DNA from: Candidatus Atabeyarchaeum deiterrae
GTDB taxonomy: Archaea; Asgardarchaeota; Atabeyarchaeia; Atabeyarchaeales; Atabeyarchaeaceae
NCBI GenBank assembly: GCA_037310415.1
Contig: CP147780.1
Location: 1,408,001 to 1,472,000 of the forward strand
DNA length: 64,000 bases
Direction of reading: 5' to 3'
Below are positions 10,319 through 21,062 of the stretch, piece by piece. How positions within the stretch are numbered: position 1 is the stretch's first letter; every line of letters starts with the position of its first letter. The position numbers and the translations under genes are program-made. Under the pieces are notes generated by a model that did not search any database, was not told the DNA's origin, and saw only the letters and a program-made list of their open reading frames with translations.

Positions 10319-11560
10319 TTATCTACGAGTAAGGCAACTCAAGTCTATGGCTACCGTTGGGCAATTCTGTTCTCTTTCATTGTAATAAATGCGCTCGGAG
10401 GAATAGTCTACATAGTGTTCTCACCCCTCCTGAATCAGGTGATCAGTTTCTTCGCATCGCGCGGTGAGACGGTCTCTACATTTGAAGCAGGTCTATTGAC
10501 TTTGGTGAACCCACTCATGTACGTGTTTCTGGCGCTTCCTTTTGGGATACTGGCTGACAGAAAAGGTTGGAAGCTGACAGTCGGGATTGGGGCAATCTTG
10601 ATGGCCGTTTTCTGTGTTCTCAGGATCTTTGCGCTCAACATGAGTTTTCTGTGGCTTCTGATCTTCCAGATTGGCTTCTCATTTGGTGGCCCACCAATTC
10701 TTGCTTCAGTTCAGAAGATGGTTGTTAAGTGGTTTCCAATAAAAGAGAGGACAATCGCTAGCGGACTGGGTATACTTGCCACATTTCTTGGCCTCATGAT
10801 CGGCCAGTTCATGTCACCGATCCTCTATGCGGACCTTGGTCTCGGTTTGTCCGGTACATTGGTTGTCGATGGATTTGTCATTGTGCTCGCTGCTATCATA
10901 TTCTTCGCTCTGGCGAGAGAGAGTCCTCCAAAGCCCCCAGCGCCCGAAGAAGCAGTAACAGCACGTCTGGGAAGAATGCTTAGAACAAGGGACTTGTATT
11001 TCCTTTCAGTTGGGTTCTTCGTGGGTTTCGGCGTCTATTTCTCGCTGACGGCGTGGGCGGTTCCCATCCTCGGGTCGATCGGGATAATAGGTGCTTTCAA
11101 TGCTGGACTCGTGACAGGATGCATGACGCTAGGGGGGATACTTGGGTGCGTCGCCATACCTAGAATATCAGACAAGATAGGGCGAAGGAAGCCATTCTTA
11201 ATATTGGCGGGGCTGTTCGCAGCGATCTTCTCATTCATCATTGGAACCGTTGGCGATCTCTCCATATCGATCATATCGGCACTGCTCTTGGGATTCTTCG
11301 TAATTGCGGTGATGCCGATAGCACTCACAATGCTTGGAGAAATGGAGACGGTCGGCGCAACCCTAGTTGGCGCAGCTTCGGGGCTAGCAATGACGATTGG
11401 GTATATTGGCGCTGTAGGCATTTCACTTGTTGCCCAAATGCTAAGCACTCCAGTAAGCTGGTATACAAGTATTCTCTTGCTTGCGATCCTTGGGGTAGTC
11501 GGGACACTGGTAATGGCACTTGTCAGAGAGACTGGCGAGGCGGTTAAGAAAGGAAAGTAG
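10319..11560 (+). CDS. MFS transporter
   Basis: 12-TM pattern with GILADRKGWK and ISDKIGRRK motifs. The frame stays open upstream of the ORF-track start (10415) to 10319 and encodes TM1 (VYGYRWAILFSFIVINALGG). Confidence 0.88.
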   Translation, partial: LSTSKATQVYGYRWAILFSFIVINALGGIVYIVFSPLLNQVISFFASRGETVSTFEAGLLTLVNPLMYVFLALPFGILADRKGWKLTVGIGAILMAVFCVLRIFALNMSFLWLLIFQIGFSFGGPPILASVQKMVVKWFPIKERTIASGLGILATFLGLMIGQFMSPILYADLGLGLSGTLVVDGFVIVLAAIIFFALARESPPKPPAPEEAVTARLGRMLRTRDLYFLSVGFFVGFGVYFSLTAWAVPILGSIGIIGAFNAGLVTGCMTLGGILGCVAIPRISDKIGRRKPFLILAGLFAAIFSFIIGTVGDLSISIISALLLGFFVIAVMPIALTMLGEMETVGATLVGAASGLAMTIGYIGAVGISLVAQMLSTPVSWYTSILLLAILGVVGTLVMALVRETGEAVKKGK

Positions 11561-11646
11561 GAACAACGGCAGCACCTGAAAACGTGATCATGGATAGACT
11601 AAGGAAGAGTTGAACGGAATCCTTCCTTTTTCTCTCTTTTTTGAAA

Positions 11647-12105
11647 TCAGGATTCTTTGAAGAGCTTGCGCAGAAGCTTATGCAGATAATTCTCTATTTT
11701 CCTTACCGTGGCGCGATATTCTTCGTCTTTGTATCCATAAGGGTCTTTTATCTCGTCCGCCTCGTCACCGTCAACGAATTCAGGCAGCGTGTACGTCTTG
11801 TCAGGTGACGCCCATCCATAGTAGATTGCCCGCTGCTTCTGATCCTTGCTCATCGTCAAGATCAGGTCAGCTGTCTTGCCTTCTTCCTTGTTCAACTCTT
11901 TTGGAACATGTCTTGAAACGTCAATTCCGTATTCTTCTGTCATCACTTTGACAGTATAATAGGCTGCAGCAAAGTGTCTAACATCTAATCCTCTGGAGAA
12001 TACTTGGACATTTTTGATTCCTCGCTCTTCCAACATATTTCTGAAGATGTGTTCAGCGATGACGCTTCGACAACTATTTCCTTCGCAGACGAAAAAGATA
12101 TTCAA
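11647..12105 (-). CDS. Low-molecular-weight protein tyrosine/arginine phosphatase (LMWPc/ArsC fold)
   Basis: VCEGNSCRS P-loop (CX5R) and IKDPY general-acid motif. Confidence 0.9.
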   Translation of the reverse strand: MNIFFVCEGNSCRSVIAEHIFRNMLEERGIKNVQVFSRGLDVRHFAAAYYTVKVMTEEYGIDVSRHVPKELNKEEGKTADLILTMSKDQKQRAIYYGWASPDKTYTLPEFVDGDEADEIKDPYGYKDEEYRATVRKIENYLHKLLRKLFKES

Positions 12106-12244
12106 GGATTTCGATGCCTCTTCAGAATGGTGAGAATTGACTGGATCCCGTTAACTCTAGTTCTCTCGAGCTGGACGAAACACGGAGTTCATGGAATGCT
12201 TCTCCGCATGCGCGCACGTGTCATCAAAGTATTCCTTTAGTCTT

Positions 12245-12931
12245 CTAGTCGACATTCCTCACAAACTTGTATGCACTCAACTGCAGGTCAACGGCATCTT
12301 CAGGCAACAATGCCGGTTTTCCTATGCTCAAAGCGGACACATATATCTTGGCTATATGCTCAATCATCTCAGCTGCCTCAAGTGCCCTATCTAAGTTTTT
12401 ACCCGTAACCAAGGGTCCATGGTTTGCGAGAATGACGGCGCTTTTCTCGCCAAGTGCTTTAACCGCGTTTTCTGCAAGTTCATCCGAGCCAGGCATCGCG
12501 TACTCTGCCACTTCTATTGAACCACCGAGGAAAGGCACCATTTCATCGATGATAGGAGGTATACCTATTCTATTTACACCCAAGGCGCTGGCATAGATGG
12601 AGTGCGTATGCATAACTGCACCTACGTCTGGTCTAGCCTTGTAAACGGCCAGATGCATCCTGTTCTCACTCGAGGGATTTCTGATACCGCTGGCAACACT
12701 GCCGTCGAAGTTCACTATGAGCACATCTCCAACCTGCGTTCTGTGATGGCCATAGTGACTTGGTGTGATAACCATCTGATCGCGACCTGGTATCCTTGCA
12801 CTAATGTTGCCTGCTTTTCTGCCGGTCAAACCACTATTGAGGATTGCCCTGCAAGTCTCAACTATCTTCTTCTTCAACTCCAAAACTACTTTGTCATCTG
12901 TCTTCTTGCTCTTGTTGCTTTTCTTGCTCAT
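12245..12931 (-). CDS. fucA: Class II aldolase (L-fuculose-phosphate aldolase-like)
   Basis: GNISAR, ITPS, PSSE, HTHS and LANHG Zn-binding motifs; substrate not established. Confidence 0.85.
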   Translation of the reverse strand: MSKKSNKSKKTDDKVVLELKKKIVETCRAILNSGLTGRKAGNISARIPGRDQMVITPSHYGHHRTQVGDVLIVNFDGSVASGIRNPSSENRMHLAVYKARPDVGAVMHTHSIYASALGVNRIGIPPIIDEMVPFLGGSIEVAEYAMPGSDELAENAVKALGEKSAVILANHGPLVTGKNLDRALEAAEMIEHIAKIYVSALSIGKPALLPEDAVDLQLSAYKFVRNVD

Positions 12932-13265
12932 ACTTGGGTTTTCAACTCCTTTCTCTCTTCTGTTTTGTTGATGGTTAGTAGCTTTTCCATCATCAGAGTT
13001 ACTTTACACCGATAAAAGATTTAATGTGCTTGCGGAAGTCTTTCCAATGACCTTACCATAGTTGTTTCGGCTACTGATTGTCAATTTGTTAGGTTTAAGA
13101 AGTTTTCTGGTTTTTTGTCTGAGAATGCCGCATTGGCAAGCAAATATAATGGAATGCACGTGCTTTACTCGCCGTAGTCTGAGACATAAAGTGTGGAAAA
13201 AGCATGTGAGATGGCTATATTCGTTGCACGATAATGTTGTAACAAAGGAATATATTCGGTTCAAT

Positions 13266-13280
13266 AAGCTTTTAAAGACC
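13266..13280 (+). promoter_or_regulatory. Putative TATA box of the hydrogenase operon
   Basis: taagcttttaaagac about 60 nt upstream of the hydB ATG; SD GGAGTGA at about 13321. Confidence 0.35.
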
Positions 13281-13336
13281 GATTGAGTCGAACTAAGGTC
13301 TGAATTAATACTAATTCAAGGGAGTGAGAACTCAAA

Positions 13337-14356
13337 ATGTCCTTTGTAATGGAAAAGAACGCTTTGAACTCTCTAATCAGTTCGTTTCGCAAAAAAGGGT
13401 ACGAGGTGTATGGTCCCGTTCACAAGGGGCCAGAGTTCGTCTTCGGCAGTGTCAATCAAGACAGTGATTTGGCTCTCGACTACGTTACTACGATACTGTC
13501 TCCGAGGAAGTTTCTCTATCCTCCTTCCGAGAAACTCTTCTCATTTAGCTCCAAATCTTTTGTCACAGATGAATCTTCGAATGGTGTGGGTAAGCAGGCG
13601 ATTCTCGCCGTCCACCCATGCGACTTGAGTGCGATTTCTTTCCTGGACAAGGTTCGTGTGAGTGGCACATTTGAGGATCCAAAGTACAAGCAGCGAAGAG
13701 ACAACACTCTGGTAGTCGGTATGAACTGTTCCAAAGCTGGCGGCGAGTGCTTCTGCACGTCCTTTGGAACTGGTCCCGACGCTAAGCAGGGATTTGATCT
13801 ACTCTTAACGGATCTAGGTGACCGCTATCTCGTCGAAACAGGAAGCGAAGCCGGCAAGGCGATTGCCGCGGATCTCAAGCTGAAGAAAGCATCGCCTGCA
13901 GATTCGCAGGAGAAGGACAAGAGAACAAAGACTGTGAGGCAATCGATCAAGCGTGCCATTAATACTGATGGATTGCCCAAAGTGCTAGACAAGAACTTCA
14001 ACAATGACTTGTGGGCGAAACTGAAGGATGACTGTCTCTCATGTGGCTCATGCACAACAGTCTGCCCAACATGTTTCTGCTTCAATGTTATAGACAATGT
14101 CGGTTTCTCACTTACTGATGGTGAGCGCATTCGAAACTGGGACTCTTGCCAGCTCTTTGAATTTGGTCAGGTTGCCCTTGGGGGGAACTTCAGAAAGGAA
14201 CGTGATGCAAGAGTTAAACAGTGGATATATCATAAGCTGAACTACTCGCAGCTACAGTATGGAAGCTTTGGTTGTGTTGGTTGTGGAAGATGCATCAAGA
14301 GCTGTACAAAAGGAATAGACGTGACAGATGTGGTCAAAAAGATCCAGACAGCCTAA
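13337..14356 (+). CDS. hydB: Group 3b [NiFe]-hydrogenase / sulfhydrogenase beta (Fe-S) subunit
   Basis: HPCD, CFC, CLSCGSCTTVCPTCFC, WDSC and CVGCGRCIKSC motifs; first gene of a BGDA operon. Confidence 0.92.
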   Translation: MSFVMEKNALNSLISSFRKKGYEVYGPVHKGPEFVFGSVNQDSDLALDYVTTILSPRKFLYPPSEKLFSFSSKSFVTDESSNGVGKQAILAVHPCDLSAISFLDKVRVSGTFEDPKYKQRRDNTLVVGMNCSKAGGECFCTSFGTGPDAKQGFDLLLTDLGDRYLVETGSEAGKAIAADLKLKKASPADSQEKDKRTKTVRQSIKRAINTDGLPKVLDKNFNNDLWAKLKDDCLSCGSCTTVCPTCFCFNVIDNVGFSLTDGERIRNWDSCQLFEFGQVALGGNFRKERDARVKQWIYHKLNYSQLQYGSFGCVGCGRCIKSCTKGIDVTDVVKKIQTA

Positions 14357-14368
14357 GAGGTGAGAAAA

Positions 14369-15196
14369 ATGAAAGCAGATTTCAAACCCGAAAAAGTCAC
14401 AGTAAAAGACATCAAAGACCAGACTCGCGATGTCAGAACATTCACGATGAGTTTCACTAATGGTAAGACACCGAGTTCATACTCGTTCCTGCCAGGTCAG
14501 TTCAACATGCTTTCCCTTCTCGGCTTCGGCGAGGCAGCCATCTCGATAAGCTCCGATCCCAAGAACAGAGAGACAATTGACCATACTGTTAGAAATGTTG
14601 GCAATCTGACTAGTGGTCTGTTTCGCCTGAAGAAAGGTGACTATATTGGCCTGCGTGGTCCATTTGGAAAACCTTGGCCGATAGAAGAAGCCAAGGGAAA
14701 GAATGTGCTGATCGTCGCTGGGGGAGTCGGCCTGGCACCTCTACGTTCCGTGGTCATGCACGTCGCAAACAACAGAGCCAATTATGGAAACTTTGAGATA
14801 CTCTATGGCGCAAGAAACCCCGGTGAAATGTTGTTCACTGATGAGTTTGACCAGTGGCGAAAGATCAAGAACACGAACTTCCAATTGACTGTCGACGCAG
14901 TTCCACCCAGCGAGAAATGGAACCACACCGTGGGAGTAGTCACGGTACTCTTCGACAAGATGCAAAGCCAACCCAAAGACACAATCGTCATGACCTGTGG
15001 TCCTGAAATAATGATGCACTTCGCCGTACAGGGACTCATCAAGAAAGGGTTCCCAGAAGACCAGATCTATGTGTCTCTGGAGCGCAGGATGAAATGCGGA
15101 ATGGCCCAGTGCGGAGCATGCCAGATTGGACCAAACTTTGTCTGCAAAGACGGACCAGTATTCAAATCACCCATAATGAAAGCATTGTATGCCTGA
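14369..15196 (+). CDS. hydG: Group 3b hydrogenase gamma (FAD/NAD(P), 2Fe-2S) subunit
   Basis: PGQFNM, RGPFG, AGGVGLAPLRS, CGPEIMM and CGMAQCGAC...C motifs; GAGGTGA SD. Confidence 0.92.
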   Translation: MKADFKPEKVTVKDIKDQTRDVRTFTMSFTNGKTPSSYSFLPGQFNMLSLLGFGEAAISISSDPKNRETIDHTVRNVGNLTSGLFRLKKGDYIGLRGPFGKPWPIEEAKGKNVLIVAGGVGLAPLRSVVMHVANNRANYGNFEILYGARNPGEMLFTDEFDQWRKIKNTNFQLTVDAVPPSEKWNHTVGVVTVLFDKMQSQPKDTIVMTCGPEIMMHFAVQGLIKKGFPEDQIYVSLERRMKCGMAQCGACQIGPNFVCKDGPVFKSPIMKALYA

Positions 15197-15219
15197 TAAA
15201 TCAGGAGGTTAAGTTAACA

Positions 15220-16065
15220 ATGTCGTCAAATGTTGAGAAACCCAAAGTTGGTGTATTCAAGCTCTCAAGTTGTGCTGGTTGCCAAATGGTGTTGATATAC
15301 CACCACGACTTCCTACCAGAAATACTCGGCGCAGTTGACATTAAGAACTTCAAGATGGCCAGACGTGATAATGATCCTGAAGCGAAATTCGACCTGGTGT
15401 TGTTCGAGGGAGCGGTGACGGAGCCCGAACACGTGAAATTGCTCAAGGAAATCAGACCTAGAACAAAGCTTCTCGTCGCGATGGGCGCGTGCGCCTGCGA
15501 CGGCGGAGTAGTTACACTGAAGAACACCGTGCCAGAGTGCCAAGTTGAGTCAGCCGTATACACCGATACTTCCAAGTTCACTTCGATGAAAGCACAGCCA
15601 ATTGACGAATTCGTCAGAGTTGATGCATATGCGAGAGGCTGCCCGGTAGATGGCGGCGAACTCTTAGAGCTCCTCAAGTCTGCCTTAATTGGTAGGAAAC
15701 CCAACTTGACGAACTACAGTGTTTGCATGGAGTGCAAGATGAACGAGAACCCTTGCCGATTTATCAACAACAAAGAGCCATGTATGGGAACGATCACTAG
15801 AGGCGGTTGCGGATCGCTATGTCCAAGTAATGATCGCCCTTGCAGAGGATGCAGAGGACCGACAACTGACGCCAATATTATCTCTTATGCTCGTCTGGCG
15901 CTCGACCGCGATTTACCTGGGCATGATGAACTAATCAAGAAGCGGGAACTAGCAGAGTTCACGCCAAGCAGCGTGTTCCCACAGGGACGCAATGTCATCA
16001 AGGCAGCAGAGGTCGCTATACAGTCTGCCCAGCCTAGCAGCAAGAAAGGAGGTAGCTCTCAATGA
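15220..16065 (+). CDS. hydD: Group 3b hydrogenase delta (small) subunit
   Basis: SSCAGCQ, EGAV, GACACDGG, GCP and C-terminal Cys clusters; AGGAGGT SD before ATG 15220 (ORF track over-extends to 15094). Confidence 0.92.
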   Translation: MSSNVEKPKVGVFKLSSCAGCQMVLIYHHDFLPEILGAVDIKNFKMARRDNDPEAKFDLVLFEGAVTEPEHVKLLKEIRPRTKLLVAMGACACDGGVVTLKNTVPECQVESAVYTDTSKFTSMKAQPIDEFVRVDAYARGCPVDGGELLELLKSALIGRKPNLTNYSVCMECKMNENPCRFINNKEPCMGTITRGGCGSLCPSNDRPCRGCRGPTTDANIISYARLALDRDLPGHDELIKKRELAEFTPSSVFPQGRNVIKAAEVAIQSAQPSSKKGGSSQ

Positions 16066-17357
16066 AAAGTGAAGAGAAGACAGTCTTCGTTGATTATATC
16101 GCAAGAGTTGAAGGAGAAAGCCTGATTGATGTCAAGGTGGAGAATGGTGAAATCAAGGAGCTCAAACTTAACATCTGGGAACCCCCACGATTCTTTGAAG
16201 GTTTTCTCGTAGGGTGCAAGCATACCGACGTTGCTGAAATCGTCTCAAAGATTTGCGGGATCTGCCCTGTTGCCCACATGCTAACGGCCCAGAGAGCTAT
16301 TGAGAGCGCAATGAACTTCACTCCGACACAGCAGGCAAAACGTTTACGCGATCTGCTAGCGTGGAGTCAAAACCTCTCAAGCCATGTTCTACATGTGTAC
16401 TTCCTAGCGGCGCCAGATTTCCTGGGCTACGACAGTGCGATCACAATGCTGCCGAAGTATGGCGATGTAGTAAAGAGAGCACTCAAAATGAAGAAGGTAG
16501 CCAACGAGCTTACCACCGTAGTCGGCGGAAGGGCAATCGCTCCACCAGCAGCAATTCTGGGAGGTTTCTCAAAACTTCCGTCAGCAGATGCCCTAAAGAG
16601 AAGCAAAGAACAGCTTCAAGGAATAAAGAAAGACGCAATCGACACAGTCAAGCTGGTGGCTCAGCTTGAGATCCCGGATTTTGAGAGAGAAACTGAATAC
16701 GTTGCAATCAGAGGAGAGAAAGAATACGCTATCAACGAAGGATACCTATATTCAAGCAAAGGAATCAAGGTGCCTGAACGCGAATATCGCAAATACATAA
16801 GCGAAGTTCAATCACCCCACTCAAATGCAAAGTGGAGCAAAGTCATCGGGCGCGAGTCATTCCAAGTCGGGGCACTTGCAAGAGTGAATTTGAACCAAGA
16901 CCAGCTTTCAGATGACTCCAAAACAGCCATCGAGGAAAATGGATTCAAGTTCCCGACAGACAATACATTCGCAATAAACATCGCTCAAGCTGTCGAGATA
17001 ATCCAGAGTATAGATGCATGCATCAACATAATTGACGAGATACTTCCTTTGAAGGATGATAAACCAAATGTCCCAGTAGCAGCCGGAGAAGCATATGCGC
17101 TCACAGAAGCACCTCGTGGACTCCTCGCTCATGGCTACAGAATCAACAAGAAGGGCTACGTCGAGAAGGCTGACATAGTCACTCCAACGGCGCACAACCA
17201 ACTGAACATAGAGAACGACCTCAAGGCACTTGTGATGAAGTACATCGACATGCCAACTGATAAACTAACCTTCCTTTGCGAGCAGCTGATCAGGGCGTAT
17301 GATCCGTGCTTCTCCTGCTCGGTTCACGCACTAAAAGTGAAAATCAGGAAACACTAG
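16062..17357 (+). CDS. hydA: Group 3b [NiFe]-hydrogenase alpha (large) subunit
   Basis: RVEGE, L1 xICGICPVAH, EAPRG, L2 DPCFSCSVH followed by a C-terminal extension; ATGA overlap with hydD. Confidence 0.95.
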   Translation: MKSEEKTVFVDYIARVEGESLIDVKVENGEIKELKLNIWEPPRFFEGFLVGCKHTDVAEIVSKICGICPVAHMLTAQRAIESAMNFTPTQQAKRLRDLLAWSQNLSSHVLHVYFLAAPDFLGYDSAITMLPKYGDVVKRALKMKKVANELTTVVGGRAIAPPAAILGGFSKLPSADALKRSKEQLQGIKKDAIDTVKLVAQLEIPDFERETEYVAIRGEKEYAINEGYLYSSKGIKVPEREYRKYISEVQSPHSNAKWSKVIGRESFQVGALARVNLNQDQLSDDSKTAIEENGFKFPTDNTFAINIAQAVEIIQSIDACINIIDEILPLKDDKPNVPVAAGEAYALTEAPRGLLAHGYRINKKGYVEKADIVTPTAHNQLNIENDLKALVMKYIDMPTDKLTFLCEQLIRAYDPCFSCSVHALKVKIRKH

Positions 17358-17395
17358 GCGCTGAACATTACCGGACATCAGAAAAAGCAGTAGCT

Positions 17396-17866
17396 TCATG
17401 CGGGTTCAGCATCTTGCCCATTTCTCTTTCCCTTTCTTCTTGTTTTGGTATCTTCCTTCATGTTGGCTATTCTCTGTTTTAGATCGGTCACGACATCGTT
17501 TCTGATCTGCTTTACTTCAGTCGCTACTCCCTGACCGAATTCCTTGACTTCCGACACGACTTCTTGATTGAAAGACTTTCTAAAGTTCCTGATTTCTGCA
17601 TCAAGCTGTTTCTTACGCTGCAGTTCCTTGTCTTCCTTTGGTTCCTCATGGAATGCCGCCTTGAGTTTCTCTGCAAGTTCGATCGATTCATTACTTGCAT
17701 GCCCAGAAACATGCTCTTCATTGTGTTCAATTTGCTTCTTCCTTAGTTGAGCACTTTGTTTCCTAATAGTCTCCCGATTTGAAGGTGTGTCAGTCTTCAG
17801 CCTGTGTTTGTCCTTCAAGCCCAATTCCTCTCTTTGCTTATTGACATTTCCCTTTTCATTTTTCAG
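17396..17866 (-). CDS. Charged coiled-coil hypothetical protein
   Basis: Open frame, K/E/R-rich and helical. GGTGA SD followed by an in-frame CTG at 17866 (ORF track uses TTG 17824). Confidence 0.7.
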   Translation of the reverse strand: MKNEKGNVNKQREELGLKDKHRLKTDTPSNRETIRKQSAQLRKKQIEHNEEHVSGHASNESIELAEKLKAAFHEEPKEDKELQRKKQLDAEIRNFRKSFNQEVVSEVKEFGQGVATEVKQIRNDVVTDLKQRIANMKEDTKTRRKGKRNGQDAEPA

Positions 17867-18134
17867 ACCTGTTCACCAACATGAATGTGATTACCTTTCA
17901 GCGTGTAAAACTATGCATTAGTGGAATTACGTCTTCAATCAACAATCCGTCTGGTCACTTCTTTAACCCACGGAATATAATAGTTTATTGCATCTTGTAA
18001 TCTGTGCTTCACACCCTTGCACAAGCTTCGCAATTACTTGCCATTGTAAGAGAATCGCTTGGTCTTTGACGCCCTGATTGGACTGGGCAATGTAGTGACT
18101 ACCGTTGCAGAGAAAGAATCGATTTCGTCGTCAC

Positions 18135-21062
18135 TCAGGACCCAGTTCTTCGAAGTGGGCTGCTGACTTGGAAATCAATTTTCTCGCTTTTTTGGATAGT
18201 CTCGCCTGTTTCGTCGTCCTCGATTTTCAGTACCTTTGCGAGAAATTGTCCAGTATATGATTTTGGCACTTTGCTGACTTCTTCAGGAGTTCCTTCAGCA
18301 ACGATCCTTCCCCCTTCGTCTCCTCCTTCCGGACCAAGGTCAATTAGCCAATCGGCTGTCTTGATTACGTCTGGGTTATGCTCGATCACGATTACAGTGT
18401 TCCCAGCATCAGTCAGTCTGCTCAGAACATCTAGGAGTTTCTGTATGTCAGCGAAGTGCAGTCCTGTGGTCGGTTCGTCAAGAATGTAGAGTGTTCTTCC
18501 TGTGGCCTTCCTACTAAGCTCTGTGGAGAGCTTTACTCGTTGTGCTTCCCCACCTGACAGCGTGGTTGCTGGTTGACCGAGCTGAATATACCCCAGTCCA
18601 ACGTCGGCGATTGTTTGAATTATCCTTTTGATAATAGGTATGTTCTCGAAGAATTCGAGCGCCTCGTCTATCGTCATCGATAGGACATCTGTTATACTCT
18701 TCCCGTTATACGTGATCTCAAGTGTCTCTTGGTTGTACCTCTTTCCCTTACACACCTCACAGGGCACGTACACATCCGGTAGAAACTGCATCTCCAACTT
18801 GATTATGCCATCACCGCTACAAGCCTCGCATCTTCCACCGCTTACATTGAAGCTGAATCTACCGGGCTTATACCCCCTCGCCCTCGCCTCGGGGAGTTTT
18901 GAGAAGAGGCTCCGTATGTGAGTGAAGACGCCCGTGTAGGTAGCGGGATTTGAACGGGGAGTTCTCCCAATTGGTGACTGGTCTATCATCACAACCTTGT
19001 CAATGTTTTCGACTCCGTCGATCCCATCATGGGCGCCCGGTTTTTCTCTTGCTCCATGTAAGGTTCTAGCCAATGCTTTGTAGAGGATGTCGTCAAGCAG
19101 TGTGCTCTTACCGGAGCCGGATACTCCTGTGATACATGTGAACAGTCCTAAAGGTATTCTTACTTCTATGTCTTTCAGGTTGTTTTCTTTAGCTCCCCTA
19201 ACGATTATGCTGTGACCGTTTCCTTGCCTCCTTTGCACGGGAACAGGGATCTTCTTTCTGCCGCTGAGGTATTGGCCTGTTATCGATTCCCCACACTTCA
19301 TTATGTCTTCCATTTTACCAGACGCTACTAAGAAGCCACCGTGAACCCCTGCGCCTGGTCCAAGGTCCACGATCCAGTCTGCTGACCTGATTGTCTGCTC
19401 ATCATGTTCGACGACTATCACCGTGTTTCCGAGGTCTCTGAGCCTCTTCAAGGTCCCTATCATCCTCTTGAGATCTCTTTGGTGCAAACCAATGGATGGT
19501 TCATCAAGGATGTATAGAACGCCTACTAATGATGTTCCAATTTGTGTTGCAAGCTGTGTTCGTTGTGCTTCCCCACCTGACAATGTGCTTGTTGCTCTGT
19601 CAAGTGTTATGTAGTCAAGTCCGACGTCAAGGAGGAATTTGAGGCGGCTCGTTATCTCTTTGAGGACTTGGCGTGCTATTAGCTGTTCTCTCTCGGTGAG
19701 CTGGAGACTGTCGAAGAACTTCACTGCTTGAGATACTGACATCTTCGTCATGTCCGCTATAGATCTGTCTGCTATTTTGACAGCTAGGGACTCTGGTCGT
19801 AGTCTGTTCCCGTTGCAGGCAGGACACTTCTTGACTGACATGAACTTCTGATACCATGCACGCATTTCTTCAGACTTGGTTTCGATGAACCTGCGTTCGA
19901 GGTTGCGTATAACACCATGAGTTGGGCGTTCATGTTCGTAGAGCACTTTCCTGCTCTCATCTTGATAGCGGAACTTGATCTTCTCATCCCCAGATCCGTA
20001 TAGGATCACGTTGAGTTGGCTTTCTTTTAGTTCCCTTATTGGTGCATCTAGTGAGAAGCCATAGTGGTGCGCAATGCTCTTCATAGACTGCATCCACCAT
20101 GAGTCCGTTTCCTTGCTCATTGGTTCTATGGCTCCTTCGGCTATGGACTTGGATCTGTCTGGTATCACAAGGTCAGGGTCGATGTTCATTTTGACTCCGA
20201 GCCCGCTGCATTCTCTGCAGGCGCCAAAGGGCGAGTTGAATGAGAAGTTTCTTGGATTCAACTCACCGTAACTCACCCCACAATCGGGGCACGCCAGTTG
20301 CTCGCTAAAGAGCTGGTCTTCTCCTTCTTCTCCATCTCCCTTCATGACTTTCAGAATGACGAGTCCTTCACTCAGTTTGAGCGAAGTCTGAACTGAATCT
20401 GCTATTCTCGTTCTGGTTCCCTCTTTTACTGATAGCCTGTCTACAACCACTTCTATTGAGTGTTTTTTCTTCTTGTCGAGAGGATCCACATCTGAGATTT
20501 CCTTCGTCTGACCATCTACGCGAACCCTTACAAACCCTTGGCTTCTGAGTTTCTCCAAGGTGTCCTTATGTTCCCCCTTTCTTCCTCTGACAATTGGTGC
20601 TAGTATCTGTATCCTAGTTCCAATCTTGAGTTTCATGACTTGGTCGACGATCTGGTCAACTGTTTGCCTTTTGATTTCCTTGCCACACTTGTAACAATGC
20701 GGGACACCTATCCTTGCAAATAGCAGTCTCAGGTAGTCATGTATCTCAGTGACAGTGGCAACGGTCGAACGAGGGTTTCTGCTGGCTGTTCTCTGCTCGA
20801 TACATATCGCGGGTGACAGACCCTCGATGTAATCCACATCAGGCTTATTCATCTGCTCAAGAAACTGCCTCGCGTATGCTGACAGCGACTCTATGTATCT
20901 TCTTTGTCCTTCTGCGTAGAGAGTGTCGAACGCCAAGGAGGACTTGCCACTACCACTTACCCCAGTTACGACAACCAGTTTGTCACGAGGGATCTCTATG
21001 TTAACGTCTTTCAAGTTGTTCTGCCTAGCTCCTTTGATAATGATGTGACGCACGTCTGCCAT
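18135..21062 (-). CDS. uvrA: Excinuclease ABC subunit A
   Basis: Two GVSGSGKS Walker A motifs, two LSGGEAQR signatures, LDEP motifs and Zn fingers; ATG 21062 ([18 protein letters not shown]). Confidence 0.98.
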   Translation of the reverse strand: MADVRHIIIKGARQNNLKDVNIEIPRDKLVVVTGVSGSGKSSLAFDTLYAEGQRRYIESLSAYARQFLEQMNKPDVDYIEGLSPAICIEQRTASRNPRSTVATVTEIHDYLRLLFARIGVPHCYKCGKEIKRQTVDQIVDQVMKLKIGTRIQILAPIVRGRKGEHKDTLEKLRSQGFVRVRVDGQTKEISDVDPLDKKKKHSIEVVVDRLSVKEGTRTRIADSVQTSLKLSEGLVILKVMKGDGEEGEDQLFSEQLACPDCGVSYGELNPRNFSFNSPFGACRECSGLGVKMNIDPDLVIPDRSKSIAEGAIEPMSKETDSWWMQSMKSIAHHYGFSLDAPIRELKESQLNVILYGSGDEKIKFRYQDESRKVLYEHERPTHGVIRNLERRFIETKSEEMRAWYQKFMSVKKCPACNGNRLRPESLAVKIADRSIADMTKMSVSQAVKFFDSLQLTEREQLIARQVLKEITSRLKFLLDVGLDYITLDRATSTLSGGEAQRTQLATQIGTSLVGVLYILDEPSIGLHQRDLKRMIGTLKRLRDLGNTVIVVEHDEQTIRSADWIVDLGPGAGVHGGFLVASGKMEDIMKCGESITGQYLSGRKKIPVPVQRRQGNGHSIIVRGAKENNLKDIEVRIPLGLFTCITGVSGSGKSTLLDDILYKALARTLHGAREKPGAHDGIDGVENIDKVVMIDQSPIGRTPRSNPATYTGVFTHIRSLFSKLPEARARGYKPGRFSFNVSGGRCEACSGDGIIKLEMQFLPDVYVPCEVCKGKRYNQETLEITYNGKSITDVLSMTIDEALEFFENIPIIKRIIQTIADVGLGYIQLGQPATTLSGGEAQRVKLSTELSRKATGRTLYILDEPTTGLHFADIQKLLDVLSRLTDAGNTVIVIEHNPDVIKTADWLIDLGPEGGDEGGRIVAEGTPEEVSKVPKSYTGQFLAKVLKIEDDETGETIQKSEKIDFQVSSPLRRTGS

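Noticed and set aside
13230-13246. Near-palindrome tgttgtaaca as a SurR-type site upstream of the hydrogenase
   Set aside because: Spacing is GTT-n2-AAC rather than GTT-n3-AAC, and there is only a single copy.
18028-18040. 10-nt match (tcgcaattac) to the predicted TnpB guide region
   Set aside because: Too short, gapped in the seed, and no adjacent TCAC.
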